This document shows positions 1-13,304 of a stretch of DNA of 64,000 nt, one piece after another. Source of the DNA: Eledone cirrhosa (Eukaryota); assembly GCA_964016885.1 (NCBI GenBank), contig OZ024745.1, positions 89,032,001 to 89,096,000 of the forward strand, given 5' to 3'. The stretch's first letter is position 1. The number at the start of each line of letters is the position of its first letter. Below the pieces are notes generated by a model that did not search any database, was not told the origin of the DNA, and was given only the letters and a program-made list of their open reading frames with translations. The translations under genes and the position numbers were made by a program.

Positions 1-670
1 AAAATGTCTATAGACGAAGATAAGGTAGAAATCCTACGGCTAATGTTAGGAATAAGATTATTAAAAACTATAGGGGGATGGCAAGACTCTTTGTGTATAT
101 ACCTAAGATTTTCATTAGGTTTATGATAGAGTTTAAAAGAGGCAGTAAGTAGATCAAGATTAATATCAAGAAAGTTAGAATTTATCAAGATTATGGCCGT
201 TGGTGGTATGAGAAACTGCTAATCCGTCATCACGGTATAAACCGATATTATGGGACGGAAATTTCTCTTTGAGTGTGTGGAGAAGGAATAATCCTACTAA
301 GTCACACACATCCGCACTGTCATATGAACCCATTGCAACATCAAAAGAGTTTTCAGGGTTTGACTTTTTAACCCAAATATTATCATTAGTAAAAAGTAAA
401 GTTTTTCTAGCATGAAAGATAATGTCCTCTTCTAATTTAGAGATATTAATGAAGGGTCTTACAAAATCTAAGGCATTAGTTAATAAGGAAACAGTAATAG
501 AAGGGTAAAAATCGACAATATCAAATTGGGTAAATCTACACTTATTTTTACCTTGTATATTATTGAACCAAGAAATAACAGAGGAAATATTTAGCCACTG
601 TGAAAGGTCAGTGTTAGTTCTAATTTGGAGAATTATTTTTCTTAAGATTTTCTTACTAGCAAGGCCAACC
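1..670 (-). mobile_element. Penelope-like element (PLE) reverse transcriptase remnant, runs off the window edge
   Basis: Minus-strand translation gives FTQFDIVDFYPSI, FDVAMGSYDSADVCDLVGLFLL, NIGLYRDDGL (catalytic YxDD) and NFLDINLDL...YHKPNENLRYIHKESCHPP...RRISTLSS, all typical PLE RT motifs; frame-disrupted. Confidence 0.85.
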
Positions 671-675
671 TTTTT

Positions 676-1160
676 AATATATATATATATTTTTTTTTCT
701 TATATTTATTTGCGTGTGTGAATATGTAGAGGAGTGCATTCATGTATGCGTATGTATGTACGTTCTGTATGTTTGTGTGAATGTATGTATGTGTATATAT
801 ATGTGTGTGTGTATGGCTATGTTTGTGTATGTGTATGCTTGTACACACACATGTGTATATGTGTGTGTATGTGTATGTGTGTATATGTATATATATGTAT
901 ATATATATATATATATGTACATATATATATGTGTGTGTGTATGTGTGTGTGTGTGTGTGTGTGCGTGTATATATGTGTGTGTGTATGTGTATATGTATTA
1001 ATGTATGTATGTGTATATGTGTGTATATATGTGTATGTGTATGTAAGTGTACGTTTTATATATATGCGTATATGTATATATGTATGCGTACATATATATA
1101 TGTATATATGTATGTGTGTGTAAGTATGCTTTTGGGTTTTTTTGTGTGTGTGTTTGCATG
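676..1160. repeat. Mixed (TA)n/(TG)n/(TATG)n microsatellite
   Basis: Seen directly; overlapping ORFs are low-complexity artefacts. Confidence 0.95.
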
Positions 1161-1272
1161 TGTAGTTTTATTTTATTTTATTTTTCCTTTCCTTCTCCCT
1201 TCTCCAGCCTCACTTTCATATAGATTGCATTTTTGCTTTTGTAATCCAAATTCAATAAACAAACCAGGATTT

Positions 1273-1332
1273 TTTCATTCTGAGGATTGAAAGCAAAACC
1301 TTTTGCTTTTAAGAAACCACTGGTAAATGGAA
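1273..1332 (+). ncRNA. Type I hammerhead ribozyme (PLE-associated type)
   Basis: Stem I TTTCATT/AATGGAA; core CTGAGGA 1280-1286; stem II TTGAAAGCAAA/TTTGCTTTTAA; GAAA 1313-1316; short stem III ACC-ACT-GGT; GUA cleavage site after 1325. Confidence 0.8.
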
Positions 1333-1925
1333 TAATTGCCTTATGTTGTTTATTACATAATAATAATAAATAAGCTCTGTTGCCTACATAGAGCACTCTT
1401 TTTTCCTGGACTTTTCCGATGGAATTACTTCATTCACACATATATATATATATATATATATATAGGTTCATGCTGTCATTACCACAGCAGAGGTCCGAAG
1501 AGCTTTTGATTCCAGAGTCGGGCCACATCGATACTGACCAAACCTTCAGCTGATCAATAGCGAAACGTGCGTCACCACTCAATAAACGTAATGAAGACAT
1601 AACAAATCGTCATTTTATTATTATTATTATTTTTGGCGACCTCCGTAGGAAATCGTATTATCGTGAGCTCCACAAAGGTTTGTTGTTTTCAGTTGTTTCA
1701 AATTGCCAGTTATGGAAAATTTTGTTGTTAAGCGTTTATAAGTTCACATATATTGATTTCTGAAAAGGACACTCAATAAAATTTAAATTTCTATTTATCA
1801 AACAAAATATTTCTTTGAAAAAAAACATGGACGACAAATCTCCTGTTTCTAACAGACTAACATCCCCCACCACCACCACCATTGTAAACCTTGCCCCGGT
1901 TGCCAACACTGAAAATATAATTAAT

Positions 1926-2111
1926 TGTTTCTACTTTAGGCACAAGGCCAGCAATTACCTAGTGCATCACTGGTACTTTATTTTATCGACCCCGTAAAGA
2001 TGAAAGGCAAAGTCAACCTCGGCGGGATTTGAACTCAGATCGTAAAGGGACGTAACTATGCTGGAAAGCATGGCGTCCGACCCTCTACCGATAATGCCAA
2101 TCCACCGCCCT
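1926..2111 (-). mobile_element. tRNA-derived SINE inserted into Tx1 copy 1 ORF1
   Basis: A-box TGGCATTATCGG, B-box GAGTTCAAATCC, central GCCTTTCATC..GGGGTCGATAAAATAAAGTACC (Meta-domain-like); 16-bp TSD TGAAAATATAATTAAT at 1910-1925 and 2112-2127. Confidence 0.92.
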
Positions 2112-4082
2112 TGAAAATATAATTAATAGCAGTCTCAATTATTTAGATTTGCCGCATACAGACATGGATTTCCCGCTATTACCAACAACTACAGGTGTTA
2201 AAGCCGCCATCCCCACCTTCACAATGTCAAAAAGAACAACCAACACCACTGATACCACCACCACCACCACCATCACCACCACAGCGACAACAGAAACAAA
2301 AAATAAATTATTATCTCGGGACATCGAAATGGATTCACCCAGAATCGACTCTTCTATGCCGAACATCACTGACATCACCACCACCACCACAACCGAAACT
2401 AAATTAACAATAACAACAACAGCAACAACAACAATGAGAATAACAACAACAACATCAACACCCGCGCAAAACAAAATAAGTCGTTTGCCAAAGCAGCCAA
2501 GAAAAGTGAAACAATCGAGGTAAGCCAGGATAAATTGAATGAAGCCAACCGAAGGGTAAAAATAGATAGGTACAGGGTCAGCCCCCCCCCCCCCACTCAT
2601 CTAATAAAATGGAGCATCGGCGCCTATGCACCGTGTCATATCGCACGATAGACACAAAATCACGCCGAGTGGAACGGGCATCCGAGTCCCAGATACAAAA
2701 AGCTTTGGGACATGTGTGGGCCAAAAAACCCACATCAGATGTGGGCAGAAATATGGAACTGTGGCCGTGTTCTTTGGAACACCACAGGAAGCTAGAGAGC
2801 ACTCCATGGCCCCATTAAGACGTGACGAGTTCACACTCGTCCCAAGCTATTGTGGTCAGAGACTCGTGAAGATCAGGGTGACCCACGTTCCGCCGGCCAT
2901 TGAAATTCCCTGGCTTATGGCTGCCGTCCTCGCCGACATTGAGGCCAACACTAAAATAATTGAGGTATCAAAAGTAAAGCAGGAGAACTGGTCCGGATCT
3001 GGGATGGAGCTCCTGATCCTAGCGGACCAAAATAAAATTGAGGATATTCCAGAGGTGATAGACCTCAATGATGGCAGCCACCTCACCGTAATCGTTGACG
3101 GTAGAGGCTTAGGTGTGTCGTTTGTGGCGAAGGAACCCCCCTTCCCACCAAAAGGATTTCTACCCTAAGGCTAAAAAGTTGGGGCCACCTTTCCTAGCCA
3201 CCCCAGTGACTCAACCATCAAAACTAGCAGCAGAAATGGCAGCAACAACTGTAGCAGCAACAACCCCAGCAACTGTAGCAGCATCAACCACAGCAACTGT
3301 AGCAGCAACAGTGGCAAAACCAACACCTCCACCACCCAACGCGCCAGAACTAGCACCAACGCCTCCACCATCCACCACGCCACAACTAAAACCAACGCCT
3401 GTGGAGGATTTTCCACTTCCCGACCTATCGTAACTGGAGACAGATTGTGTCTGCGAGGAGGAGTTGGAAACTGTATCTGGAAAAAAGAAAAAAAAAGAAC
3501 CCCAAAAAGAAAAAAATCCTCTTCCTTCGCCCTACAAAAACAAAATGCAGGGTGAAACAAACAAACTAACAAAAAGGTTAAGACAGCTATGTCCCCACCC
3601 ACACCACCATCACCAGCCCCATGACCACAAACACCAACATCATCACCATCATTAACCCCAACACCAACATCACCAACACCACAAAAATAACCAACAAGCG
3701 AAACAGAAACAAACTCACAACAAACGCAAAGAAAGCAAAACAACCAAAACGATATAAACTACACAGCATTAAATTTGAACAACAACCAATTATTACACTA
3801 CAGCCAACACAACACCAGCATCACAAAAAGATTTCATAAGACCACAAAAATTCATACCACCTCCACACATACAAATCACTCGCATCACACAGAAAACGTA
3901 CACGACACTAAAATTTAAATTCCCCAAGGACATGGGAGACATCCGACAAACACTCTCCAGGAGGATTTATAAGGACATCCTTCCGGAGGGGGCCACGAGC
4001 AGTGAGAAGGACAGAAAAACCATCCTTCCTCCACGAGAAGTGAAGTAAGTGATGTTTCCCATCTTTTGCCACTCCATTTCAA

Positions 4083-7000
4083 ATGACCTCACTCAGAATA
4101 GGCAACATAAATGCGCGTGGCCTGGGGTCATCATGGAAGAAGAGCCACCTGTTCAACGACCTCAGATCACTAAACATATATGTGGTGGCCATCAGCGAGA
4201 CCAGAATCTCTGAAGCACGAGCCTTCGCACCGATCTTCGGCGGCTACGGTGTATACGCATCTCCTAGCCGTCCTGGATCGGGTGGAGGAGTTGCTGTGCT
4301 TTTTCGGAGAGGCTTGGATCTCGCCATACGGGCCATCTTCCTGGACCTATAAGGTAAGTCGGTGGTGCTGGACGTGACCAGCGGAGACGGGCAAGCTTTC
4401 AGGTTAGAGGCCGTCTATGCCCCGACAGGAGCAGGGCGGCCTGATTTCTTCCGGCGTCTGGAGACCTTTCTTGGAACGTCCCGGTGTTAGTGTTAGTGGG
4501 CGACTGGAACGGGATCTTAGATACACGCTGGGACTGTGTGGGATTAGTGGATAGGGGAGGAGGGTGTAAAAGCCTAGCAAACCTTCTCGGACGGTTTCAA
4601 CTGTCTGACAGCTACCGTCTGGATTTCCCGAATGTGCCGATGTGGACATGGACAAACTGCATCGGGTCATCCAGATCATATCTAGATAGGGTGTTTTGTA
4701 GGGTAACAAATAGGTCTAACATAGGCTGTCCACATTTCAAAATAGTCGACTACACGGACCACAATTTCGTGATCTGTGAGGTTGACTTAGATAGGCTTCA
4801 TAGACAGGGACCCGGCTACTGGAAGCTAAACGCTTTGTTAACAGCGTGCAAGGCTTACAGAGACAGGATTAGCGAATTAGTTAAGCGGGCGTTGACGGGG
4901 GCCATCGTCAACAACAAATGGTGGTTTGCTCTGAAAAGAGCGATTAGAATAGAATCCATTAGGTTTAGTAAGGCTTTAGCAATAGAGAAAAATAGAGCAG
5001 AGGGAGAACTGGTTAGAAAATTAGACGAGACCGACGTACTTGACCAATTCTTCAATGCAAAGCACGAAGGCTGCGTTGTCAGAGCTAGGGTGCGTGCTCT
5101 CAGACACGAGGGGGCGAAAGCCGTTCAATGGGCCCGAGCAGCGGAGGCGCGTCGTGGCAACAAAGCTTCGATCCGGTCTTTGGTGGACCACGACGCGCGC
5201 ATGTTACTCGATCCCGGGCAAATCTGTGAAGCTTTTCAGCGACACGTCGCTCAGCTGTTCGGGGGCAGCGGTGGGCCGGATCGAGGGATGGGATTTAGTG
5301 CCTACCTCGACGGACTGCTGCGGCTCTCGCCAACTGAGGCAGAGTGTTGCGAAAAGCCGATAACAGCCGCTGAAGTACGGGAGGCAATGACTGGCTGCAC
5401 AAGGGGTAAATCGCCTGGTTTGGTTGGTCTGCCCTACGAACTTTACGTACACATGCCAGACTTCTTCGAAGGCCTCTTGGCGGACGTCTACTGCAACTGG
5501 CAACAGAGCGGGAGAATTCCAGCTCTGTGAGCCGAAGAGCGGTGGCGCTGCTGAGAAAGGATCTGAACAAGGAGGATAACATAGATAATTTCAGGCCCAT
5601 AACTCTGCTAAACACAAAGATCAAGATTTTGGCCAAGGTGCTAGCAAAGAGGTTGGCGCTTGTCGTTAGTGGTCTGGTGGGAGAGACGCTGACATGTCCA
5701 TTCCAGACAGATCCATCCACGACAACCTCCACCTCATGAGATACATCGTGGAGAGGGTAGCTAGGGAATCCGGCACGAGTGGGTCCTTGATCAATTTAGA
5801 TCAGTCGAAAGCTTTCGATAGGGTCGACCATCGTTATCTGACGGCAGTCCTGAGGGCGGCTGACTTTGGGCCCGTCTTCAGAGGCTGGATCGCTGCCATG
5901 CACAGCGATATCTGCTCTGTGGTGAGATTGAAAAGTCACCTTACTTAACCGTTCAACATCATGCGCTTGGTCCGCCAAGGATGTCACCTCTCGTCCCTGT
6001 TATACTTATTGACTCTCGAGCCATTACTGCACAAACTGGAGACGTTGAGGGAGGTCCCGCGCGAACTAGGATGCGGAAGATCCATGTCAGCATATGTGGA
6101 CGATGTCACCGTAGTGGTGTCGAACGCCAAACACATTGAGGCGATCGGCACTACACTAAGAGAATATGAAGCGGTGACAGGAGCAATGATCAACCAGGAA
6201 AAGTCGGTGGGCTTGCAGCTCGGCACCTGGAGAGGCAACAGCGTCCAACAGCGTCGTCGGGCGCTGGACGGACGGACCGGTTTAATTGCTAGGGGTCTGG
6301 TTCAGTCCGGACTTCCGGACAAAAACTGGGACGAGGTGACGAGCAGGGTGCCTTCTCTCACCTAGAAATGGGCAGAGAGGAGGCTATCCCTGAAAAGTAA
6401 AGAGGAGGTGGCGAATGCGTACATCGCGTCCGTCATCTACTACTACCTGAGCGTCGTGCCTTGTCCTAAGCCTCGCCTGACTGCGCTGGAACTTTTGCTC
6501 TTTTGCTTTTTGCGGCGGTCCATCTGCTGTCAACACCCGCTACCTGGAGGGCTGGGCACGACGTGGCCGATGATGCGGAGATACCTGCTCAGGCTACACC
6601 TCCACCTCTTCCTTGACGGTGATCAGGTGTGGTCGCCGTTTTCTAGACGCGTCTTTCCCTAGCTCATCTCCTTGACGGAGCTGCAGTCCTGTGTCAAGCG
6701 AAGACCGAGATGGAACGCTTGGAGACTGGAATGTCTTCAGGCGCTCACAGCCCTAGACCAGTCGAGCAATGTGATCGATGGAAACTTCACCTTGGCGTTC
6801 TATAGAGCATTAGTGGAGTGCTACAGAGGAGCTGTGCCAGTTTGGGATAAACTCTACATTCATTGAAGCGCCGTCAGCGAACATGTCCGAGATCCGCGCA
6901 AGGCGACGAAACCGTCCTGCCCGCACTCGTCCAGTGTCCGAACATTGCTGACTTGTGGGTTTATATCGAACACCTGCTGTCGCGTGTAGGACTGAACCGG

Positions 7001-7294
7001 CTATCAGCTGAGTTCATCGTGAGGATTTCCCCGCCTTCTTCCTTTAGCCGCGAAGGGCAGGCAGTTTTTATCTGTCTGATGACCATGGCGAAAGAGATAG
7101 TATGGTGGACGCGTTTGAAAGGGGTGAAGACGAGCACTTACCTCTTCGGTGATGCCCTGATTAACTTTTTCAAATTTCATTTGAAAAGGAAAATTAGGGT
7201 AGAGAGGGAAGTGCTCTCTTCGCAGCATTTTGTTGAAAGATGGTTGAGAGAATCAAGCATGGTCCGAGTAAATACTCTGAGTATGTGCCTGTAA
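4083..7294 (+). pseudogene. Tx1 ORF2 (APE endonuclease, RT, C-terminal CCHC), copy 1
   Basis: LRIGNINARGL, AISETR, VGDWNGILD, SYLDRVF, YTDH (APE); FRPITLLN, LINLDQSKAFDRVDH, VRQGC, SAYVDD (RT); stops, frameshifts and a deletion near 6817. Confidence 0.9.
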
Positions 7295-7576
7295 ATTGAA
7301 GGTGGAAAACAAAGACAGGGCACTTGCCCTGGTGGTCAGGTTCACCGTGGCTTTTTTAATGGGCTTTCTCCACGAATGTCCCTCGGAAGCCTCCACTCTA
7401 TTGGGGAATTTTTCATTGTTTCTTTTTGTTACATCCTCCGTTTTTGTTTTTTTACACGCAGAAATGCCCATTTGCACCGTCCTGTATGTCCTGTATTGTC
7501 CTTAATGTCTTACTTTGTGTAAACCCTTGTGGTTAATAAAGAAAGTATTATTATTATTATTATTATTGGTCTGTTC

Positions 7577-7667
7577 AAATCCTTTCCTTTCATCCTTACC
7601 GGGTCGATAAAATAAAGTACCGGTAATCTACTGGGTAATTGCTGGCCTTGTGCCTAAAGTAGCAACA
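7577..7667 (+). mobile_element. 5'-truncated SINE at the Tx1 copy1/copy2 junction
   Basis: B-box remnant plus SINE 3' half; flanked by direct repeat ATTATTATTGGTCTGTTC (7559-7576, 7668-7685). Confidence 0.85.
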
Positions 7668-7676
7668 ATTATTATT

Positions 7677-10600
7677 GGTCTGTTCGGACGTTCTTTTTGC
7701 TCGCTCCCAGTAAGTCGCTTTATTTGCCTGTTAAAATTATTTGTTGTTAAATATTTCTTGTTGTGTAAGTGATATATGCCCTTAGACTTTGCCCTGTGAA
7801 GGGGAAAGTATAATATTTGGGCCCTTTGGCCCAAATATTTAAACATTTTATTTGAAAAAAAAGAAATATGGCTGAGCCACGCCCCCCAGCAAGCAATATG
7901 TCTGGTGTCTTGTGACAACGGCGTAAAAGTTGAGAGGAGGGTTAGTGAAATTCATGCAGGAGCACCAACAACAAGACCAGTAGCGGCAGCAATAATGGTG
8001 ACGCTGAAAAAGGGGCCATTTCTTTCGCAGGTGTGGGCTGAAATATAGAGACAGTGCTAGTCACGGAGGAGGAGATGGCAGTCGCAAGAGCCATGGTGTT
8101 GAGAAACGAAAATAGAGTTTCCCTGAAACCTCCAACCGATTTCTTCAAAGACCAGCAACTGCGCACGGTGCCTTACCGCACCGTAAGCAAAATGTCAAAT
8201 CGGGTGGAGAGAGCCACGGAGGGCCTTGGAGTGCGACAGGGCACGCAAAACGCACATCACCCGAGGCAAAAAGTATGCCACACTATACGTACTTTTCGCC
8301 ACCCTCCAAGAGGCGAAGACTCACTCTTTGGAAACCTTAAAGAGTGAAGAGATAGTGTTGGTGCCCTCCTACTGCGGACAATTGTGAGTGTCAAAGTGAC
8401 CCAGGTCCCGCCCGACGTGGCCATACCTTGGCTGGCCGCGTCTGTACTGGCTGGAATCGAGAAGACCACCACACTGCAAATACAGAGAATGGGAAGAGAG
8501 AACTGGTCAGGAATAGGCATACAAATGATAATACAGACTGACTAAGGGTGCATCGAAGTCATTCCAGATATCATAGACCTAGAAGAAGGACTCCGACTCC
8601 CTATAAGCGTGGAAGGAAGGCGCCCAAAGTGCTATCTCTGCGAGCAGAAGGGTCACCTCAGGGCAGAAGACAGCCAAGAAGAGGGCTCACCCTCCTTCCG
8701 ACGCATGATCCGCTGCTACCGAGAGCAGGACAGGCAACAGGGGCAGAAGGCCCTTCCATGGTGAGTAGGACGGCAACGTTCGTGGAACCCATACAAAGGC
8801 CACCGAAACTAAAACAGCGGCAGCAGTGACGGCAACACCAACAGTCGCAGTAGCTACACCGTCGGCAAAATCGCCGGAGCGGGAAACACTACCACCACCA
8901 ACAGCAGTGGGGCGCACACCCCTCCCAGACGCCACGGAATCTGACATGGAGTATGAGTCGCGCAGGGAAGTGGCAAACGGTCTGCCACAAAAAACAAAAG
9001 AGGAAAAACACCTTAGCTTCACCCTCCAAAAGTGAAGGCAGACAAAGAGGTCTAAGCTCTGCAAGGAGACTTGCAGCAACACCACCACAAGCAACACTAC
9101 CAACAACAACCACACCAACAACACCAACATGGCAAACACAACAAAACACACACACCCAACAGCAACAAGAAAACAGCAACAAAGTCACCCCCCCCCCCCC
9201 CCCCAAAAAAAAGGTTCACAGCCATAAACATGGCAAATAAAGAACTCTTACAACATATAAAGCAGCACACAGACATCAGAGAAAAAAACTACTACACCCC
9301 ACCAACACCAAGAATTCTCCCGACAAACATAAGCATCGTTGAAATCAAAATAGAACAGTACACTTTTAAAACAAAAATTCCCCAACGCAGTTGGAGACTT
9401 CAGCAGGTCGGTTACCAAGAGGATATACACCGACATCCTCTTGGAAATACCCATGACCAGCCAAAGGGACGGTTCTACTGTACCCTCACCACACGATCAA
9501 GGTAAATGATCCTTTCTCACTTGCCCCGTTTCTCATCCAATATGGCCGTACTTAGAATAGGCAGTACGTGGCCTGGGGTCATCTTGGAAGCAGGGTCAAC
9601 TGCTCAACGACCTCAGGTCACTAAACATAGATGTGCTGGGCATCAACGAGATCAGAATTTCCGAAGCCTTCGCACCGATTTTCTGTGACTACGATGTATA
9701 CTCATCTCCCAGCCGTCCAGGATCAGGAGGAAGGGTGGCAGTGCTTTTTCGGAGAGGCTTGGATCTCGCCATACTGGCCATCTTCCTGGACACAGAAGGT
9801 AAGTCAGTGGTGTTGTACGTGACCTGCAGCGAAGGCAATGTTTTCAGGCTAGTAGCCGTCTACGCCCCAACTGGGGCAGGACGGCCAGATTTCTTCAGAC
9901 GTCTAGAGACCTTTCTTGGAACGTTCCGCACTTTAGTATTAGTGGGCGACTGGAACGGTATCTTAGATGTACGTTGGGATTATGTGGGGCTAGTAGACAG
10001 GGCAGGAGGGTTTCAAAGCCTCAACAACCTGCTCAGACATTTTAAACTGTCTGACAGGTATAGACTGGATTATCCGAATGTGCCAATGTGGACATGAGCA
10101 AACCGCATCGGGTCATCCATTTAGATAGGGTATTCTGTAGGGAAACAGATAAGGCTAGTGTAGGTTGTCCACAATTTAAAGTAGTCGCCTACACGGACCA
10201 CAAATTTGTGATCTGTGAAGTTACTTAGATAGATTCCATAGGCAAGGGCCCGGCTACTGGAAGCTGAACGCGTCGTTTCCGGCGCGCAAAGCTTACAGAG
10301 ACCGGATTAGCGAATTAGTTAAGCGTGCGTTGACGGGTGCGATCGTCAATACCAGGTGGTGGTTTACCCCGAAAAGGGCTGTTAGAGTAGAATCGATAAG
10401 GTTTAGCAGAGGAGTAGTGCCAGAGAAAAATATAGTAGTAGGAGAGTGAGTTAGAAAGCAAGAAGAGGCGTTTAGGAGAGGAATCGCAACCGACGAGCTT
10501 GCGGCGAGATTGGCACCCGACCAATTCTTCAACGCAAAGCATGAAGGCTGCGTTGTCAAAGCTAGAGCGCGTGCTCTAAGACACGAGGGGACGAAAGCCG

Positions 10601-13101
10601 TTCAATGGGCCCGGGTGGTGGAGGCGCGACGTGGCAACAAGTCCACAATTCGGTCTTTGCCTGATCAAAACGGGTGCATGTTGCTCGAATCCAAGCAGAT
10701 GTGTGCGGCTTTTCAACAGCACTTTGGTCAATTTTTGCGAAAGGCCGTTAACAGCAGGTGAAATACGGGAAGCGATGTCTGACTGCACGAGTCGTAAATC
10801 GCCAGGTTTGGATGGTCTGCCCTACGAGCTATATGCGTATATGCCAGACTTGTTCGGCGACCTCTTGGCAGATGTCTACTGTAACTGGCAGCAGAACGGG
10901 AGCATTACCAGTTTTGTGAGCCGGGGAGTGGTGGCGCTGGTGAGAAAAGACCCGAAGAAGGGGGAAGTTATAGACCACTTCAGGCCCATAACTCTGCTAA
11001 ACGCAGAGTTTAAGATTTTGGCCAAGGTGTTAGCTAAGAGATTCGTGGTTGTCGACGGTGATCTGGTGGGAGAGGCACAGAGATGCGCCATCCCGGACAG
11101 ATCCATCCTCCATCTCATGCGATACATCATAGAGAGGGTGGTTAAGGAACCTGGCACGGGTGGGGCCCTGATCAACTTGGATCAATCTAAAGTATTTGAT
11201 AGGGTCGACCATCGTTACCTGGCTGCGGTCCTCGAGGCGGCCGGCTTCGGGCCCGTTTTTAGGGGCTGGATGGCTGCGATGCACAGCGACACCTGCTCGA
11301 TTGTGAGGGTGAATGGTCACCTGTCACAGCCTTTCAGCACCATGCGCTCGGTCCGCCAAGGTTGCTCCCTCTCGTCCCTCTTGTACGTACTGGCCCTAGA
11401 GCCGTTACTGCACAAACTGGAGACGATTTGGCGGGGTCCCACGTGAACTGGGATGCTGGAGATCCGTGTCAGCTTACGCCCATGACGTCACCGTGGTGGT
11501 TTCAATCACCAAACACGTCCAGATGCTCGGCACCGCTCTCAAGGAATACGAAGCGGTGCCGAGCAAAGGTAATCCAGGAAAAGTCGGTGGGCTTGCAACT
11601 CGGCAACTGGAGAGGCAAGTCCATGCCGCCCGACAGCGTCGTGCGGCGCTGGACGGAAGACCTGTTAAATTGCTCGGTATCTGGTACAGTCCGGACCTCC
11701 AGATGGAGAAAAACTGGACCGAGTTTACGAGCAGGGTGGCCTCTCACACCCAGAAATGGGCCGAGAGGAGGTTGTCACTGAAAGGTCGGGCGGAGGTGGC
11801 GAATGCGTACATAACCTCCGTCATCTGCTACGGCCTGACCGTCGTACCTTGCGCCCTCCCACCTCTGACCAAAATAGAGTGCCTTCTTTTCCGCTTTTTG
11901 TGGAATGGACGTGCTCCTATGGTTAGACGATCCATTTGTTGTCAACAAGGAAGACTAGGCATGCCGTGGATGATGATGTCAAACATGCGCTGATGCTGCG
12001 ACATCTCTGGTGCTTCCTTGACGGTGAACAGGTGTGGTCGCCGTTTGCCAGACGCGCTTTTCCCCAGCTCGTCTCCTTGACGGAGCTGCAGTCCTGGATC
12101 AGGAAAAGACCGAGGGATAGCGCTTGGAAGCTGGAATGTCTCCAAGCGCTCATCGCCCTCTACCAGCTGGGCACTAGTATCGGTGGGACATCCACCTCGG
12201 CGTTCTAAAGAGGGCTAGGGGAGGGAAATAGCAACGACGTTATCGGGGAGACCCTGGGCGTCGAAGACGATCAGCTGTTCGCTCTCTTCAAGAGAACTTT
12301 CAGACCGGGGCCTATGGACAACTGCCAGACATCCCTGGCCTGACAGTGCTACTGGGGAGCGTTGCCGATTCGGGATGAGCTCTACAAGCTAGGAGGTTCT
12401 GTCAGCCGAACCTGTCCGCGATGCGCGCAGGGCGACGAAACCGTCCTGCACGCACTCGTTCAGTGCCCGAGGATTGCTGTCTTGTGGAGCTATGTCGAAG
12501 AGCTGCTGTCGCGTGTAGGACGGATCCGGTTATCGACTGAGTCCATTGTATAGTTAGCTTCTCCCTCCTCCTTTAAATAGGAGCAAGGGCAGGCAGTTTT
12601 CATCTGCCTGGTGGCCATGGCGAAAGAGATTGTGTGGTGGACAAGGTTGAAAGGGTTGAAGACTGACATTTTCCTCTCCAGCCAATCCCTGATTAACTTT
12701 TTCAAGTTTCATTTGAAGAGGAAAATCAGGGTGGAGAGTGCTGTCTTCTAGTAAGTTTGTTGAAAGGTGGGTGAAAGTAGCGAGTCTGGTCCGAGTGAAC
12801 GGGCCCGCTCTGAATATACGCCTGTAGACTGAGGAGTGGAAAAAATTGAGAGAAGGCGCTTGCCCTGGTGGTCAGGGTGGCCGTGGTCTTTTGTGTGGTT
12901 TTCACCACGAGTGACCCTCGGAGGTTTCCCCACTTCTTGGGAAATTTTGTTGTTTGAAATTTGTTGGATTTCTAGCCCGATTTTGTTATAACCTGTTTAC
13001 ACGACCAAAACCCACTTTGTATAGTCCTGTACTGTTCTGTGCCGTCTCTAATGTTTTTCTTCGTGTCAACCCGTGTGGCCAATAAAGAAACTATTATTAT
13101 T
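7677..13101 (+). mobile_element. Tx1/L1-clade copy 2, full length, decayed
   Basis: Leader from GGTCTGTTCGG, ORF1 ATG 7868 with zinc-knuckle remnant GRRPKCYLCEQKGH (~8615-8660), ORF2 9542-12827, AATAAA 13081, (ATT)n tail. Confidence 0.9.
9542..12827 (+). pseudogene. Tx1 ORF2, copy 2
   Basis: VYAP/VGDWNG (APE); KSPGLDGLPYELY, FRPITLLN, VRQGC, SAYAHD (RT, catalytic motif mutated); CPRCAQGDETVLHALVQC; multiple disruptions. Confidence 0.9.
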
Positions 13102-13104
13102 AAT

Positions 13105-13290
13105 GTGGATTGGCAGTATCAGTAGAGAGTCGGACGCCATGCTTTGACGCATGGAGTTACGGCCCTTGCCATTCTGAGTTCAAATCCCGCCGACGTTAAC
13201 TTTGCCTTTCATCCTTACGGGGTCGATAAAATAAAGTACCAGTAATGCACTGGGTAATTGCTGGCTTTGTGCCAAAAGTAGAAACAATTA
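13105..13290 (+). mobile_element. Near full-length SINE at the Tx1 copy2/copy3 junction
   Basis: Same family as 1926-2111; embedded in (ATT)n on both sides. Confidence 0.92.
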
Positions 13291-13304
13291 TTTTTATTAT
13301 TATT

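Larger units (their letters stand above)
1632..7567 (+). mobile_element. Tx1/L1-clade non-LTR retrotransposon copy 1, full length, decayed
   Basis: Follows (ATT)n at about 1613-1631; ~195-nt leader, ORF1 from ATG 1827, ORF2 4083-7294, 3' UTR with AATAAA 7535-7540, (ATT)n tail 7547-7567. Confidence 0.9.

Noticed and set aside
642-1290. ORFs rich in YIYI/CVCV (also 38976-39903 and 40931-41245)
   Set aside because: Translations of dinucleotide microsatellites
1545-1590. CTGATCA..CGAAACGTGCGTC hammerhead-like string
   Set aside because: G8 is missing and there is no convincing stem I or II; at most a relic
13105-13195. tRNA gene (A and B boxes)
   Set aside because: No cloverleaf or acceptor stem; it is the head of a multi-copy SINE
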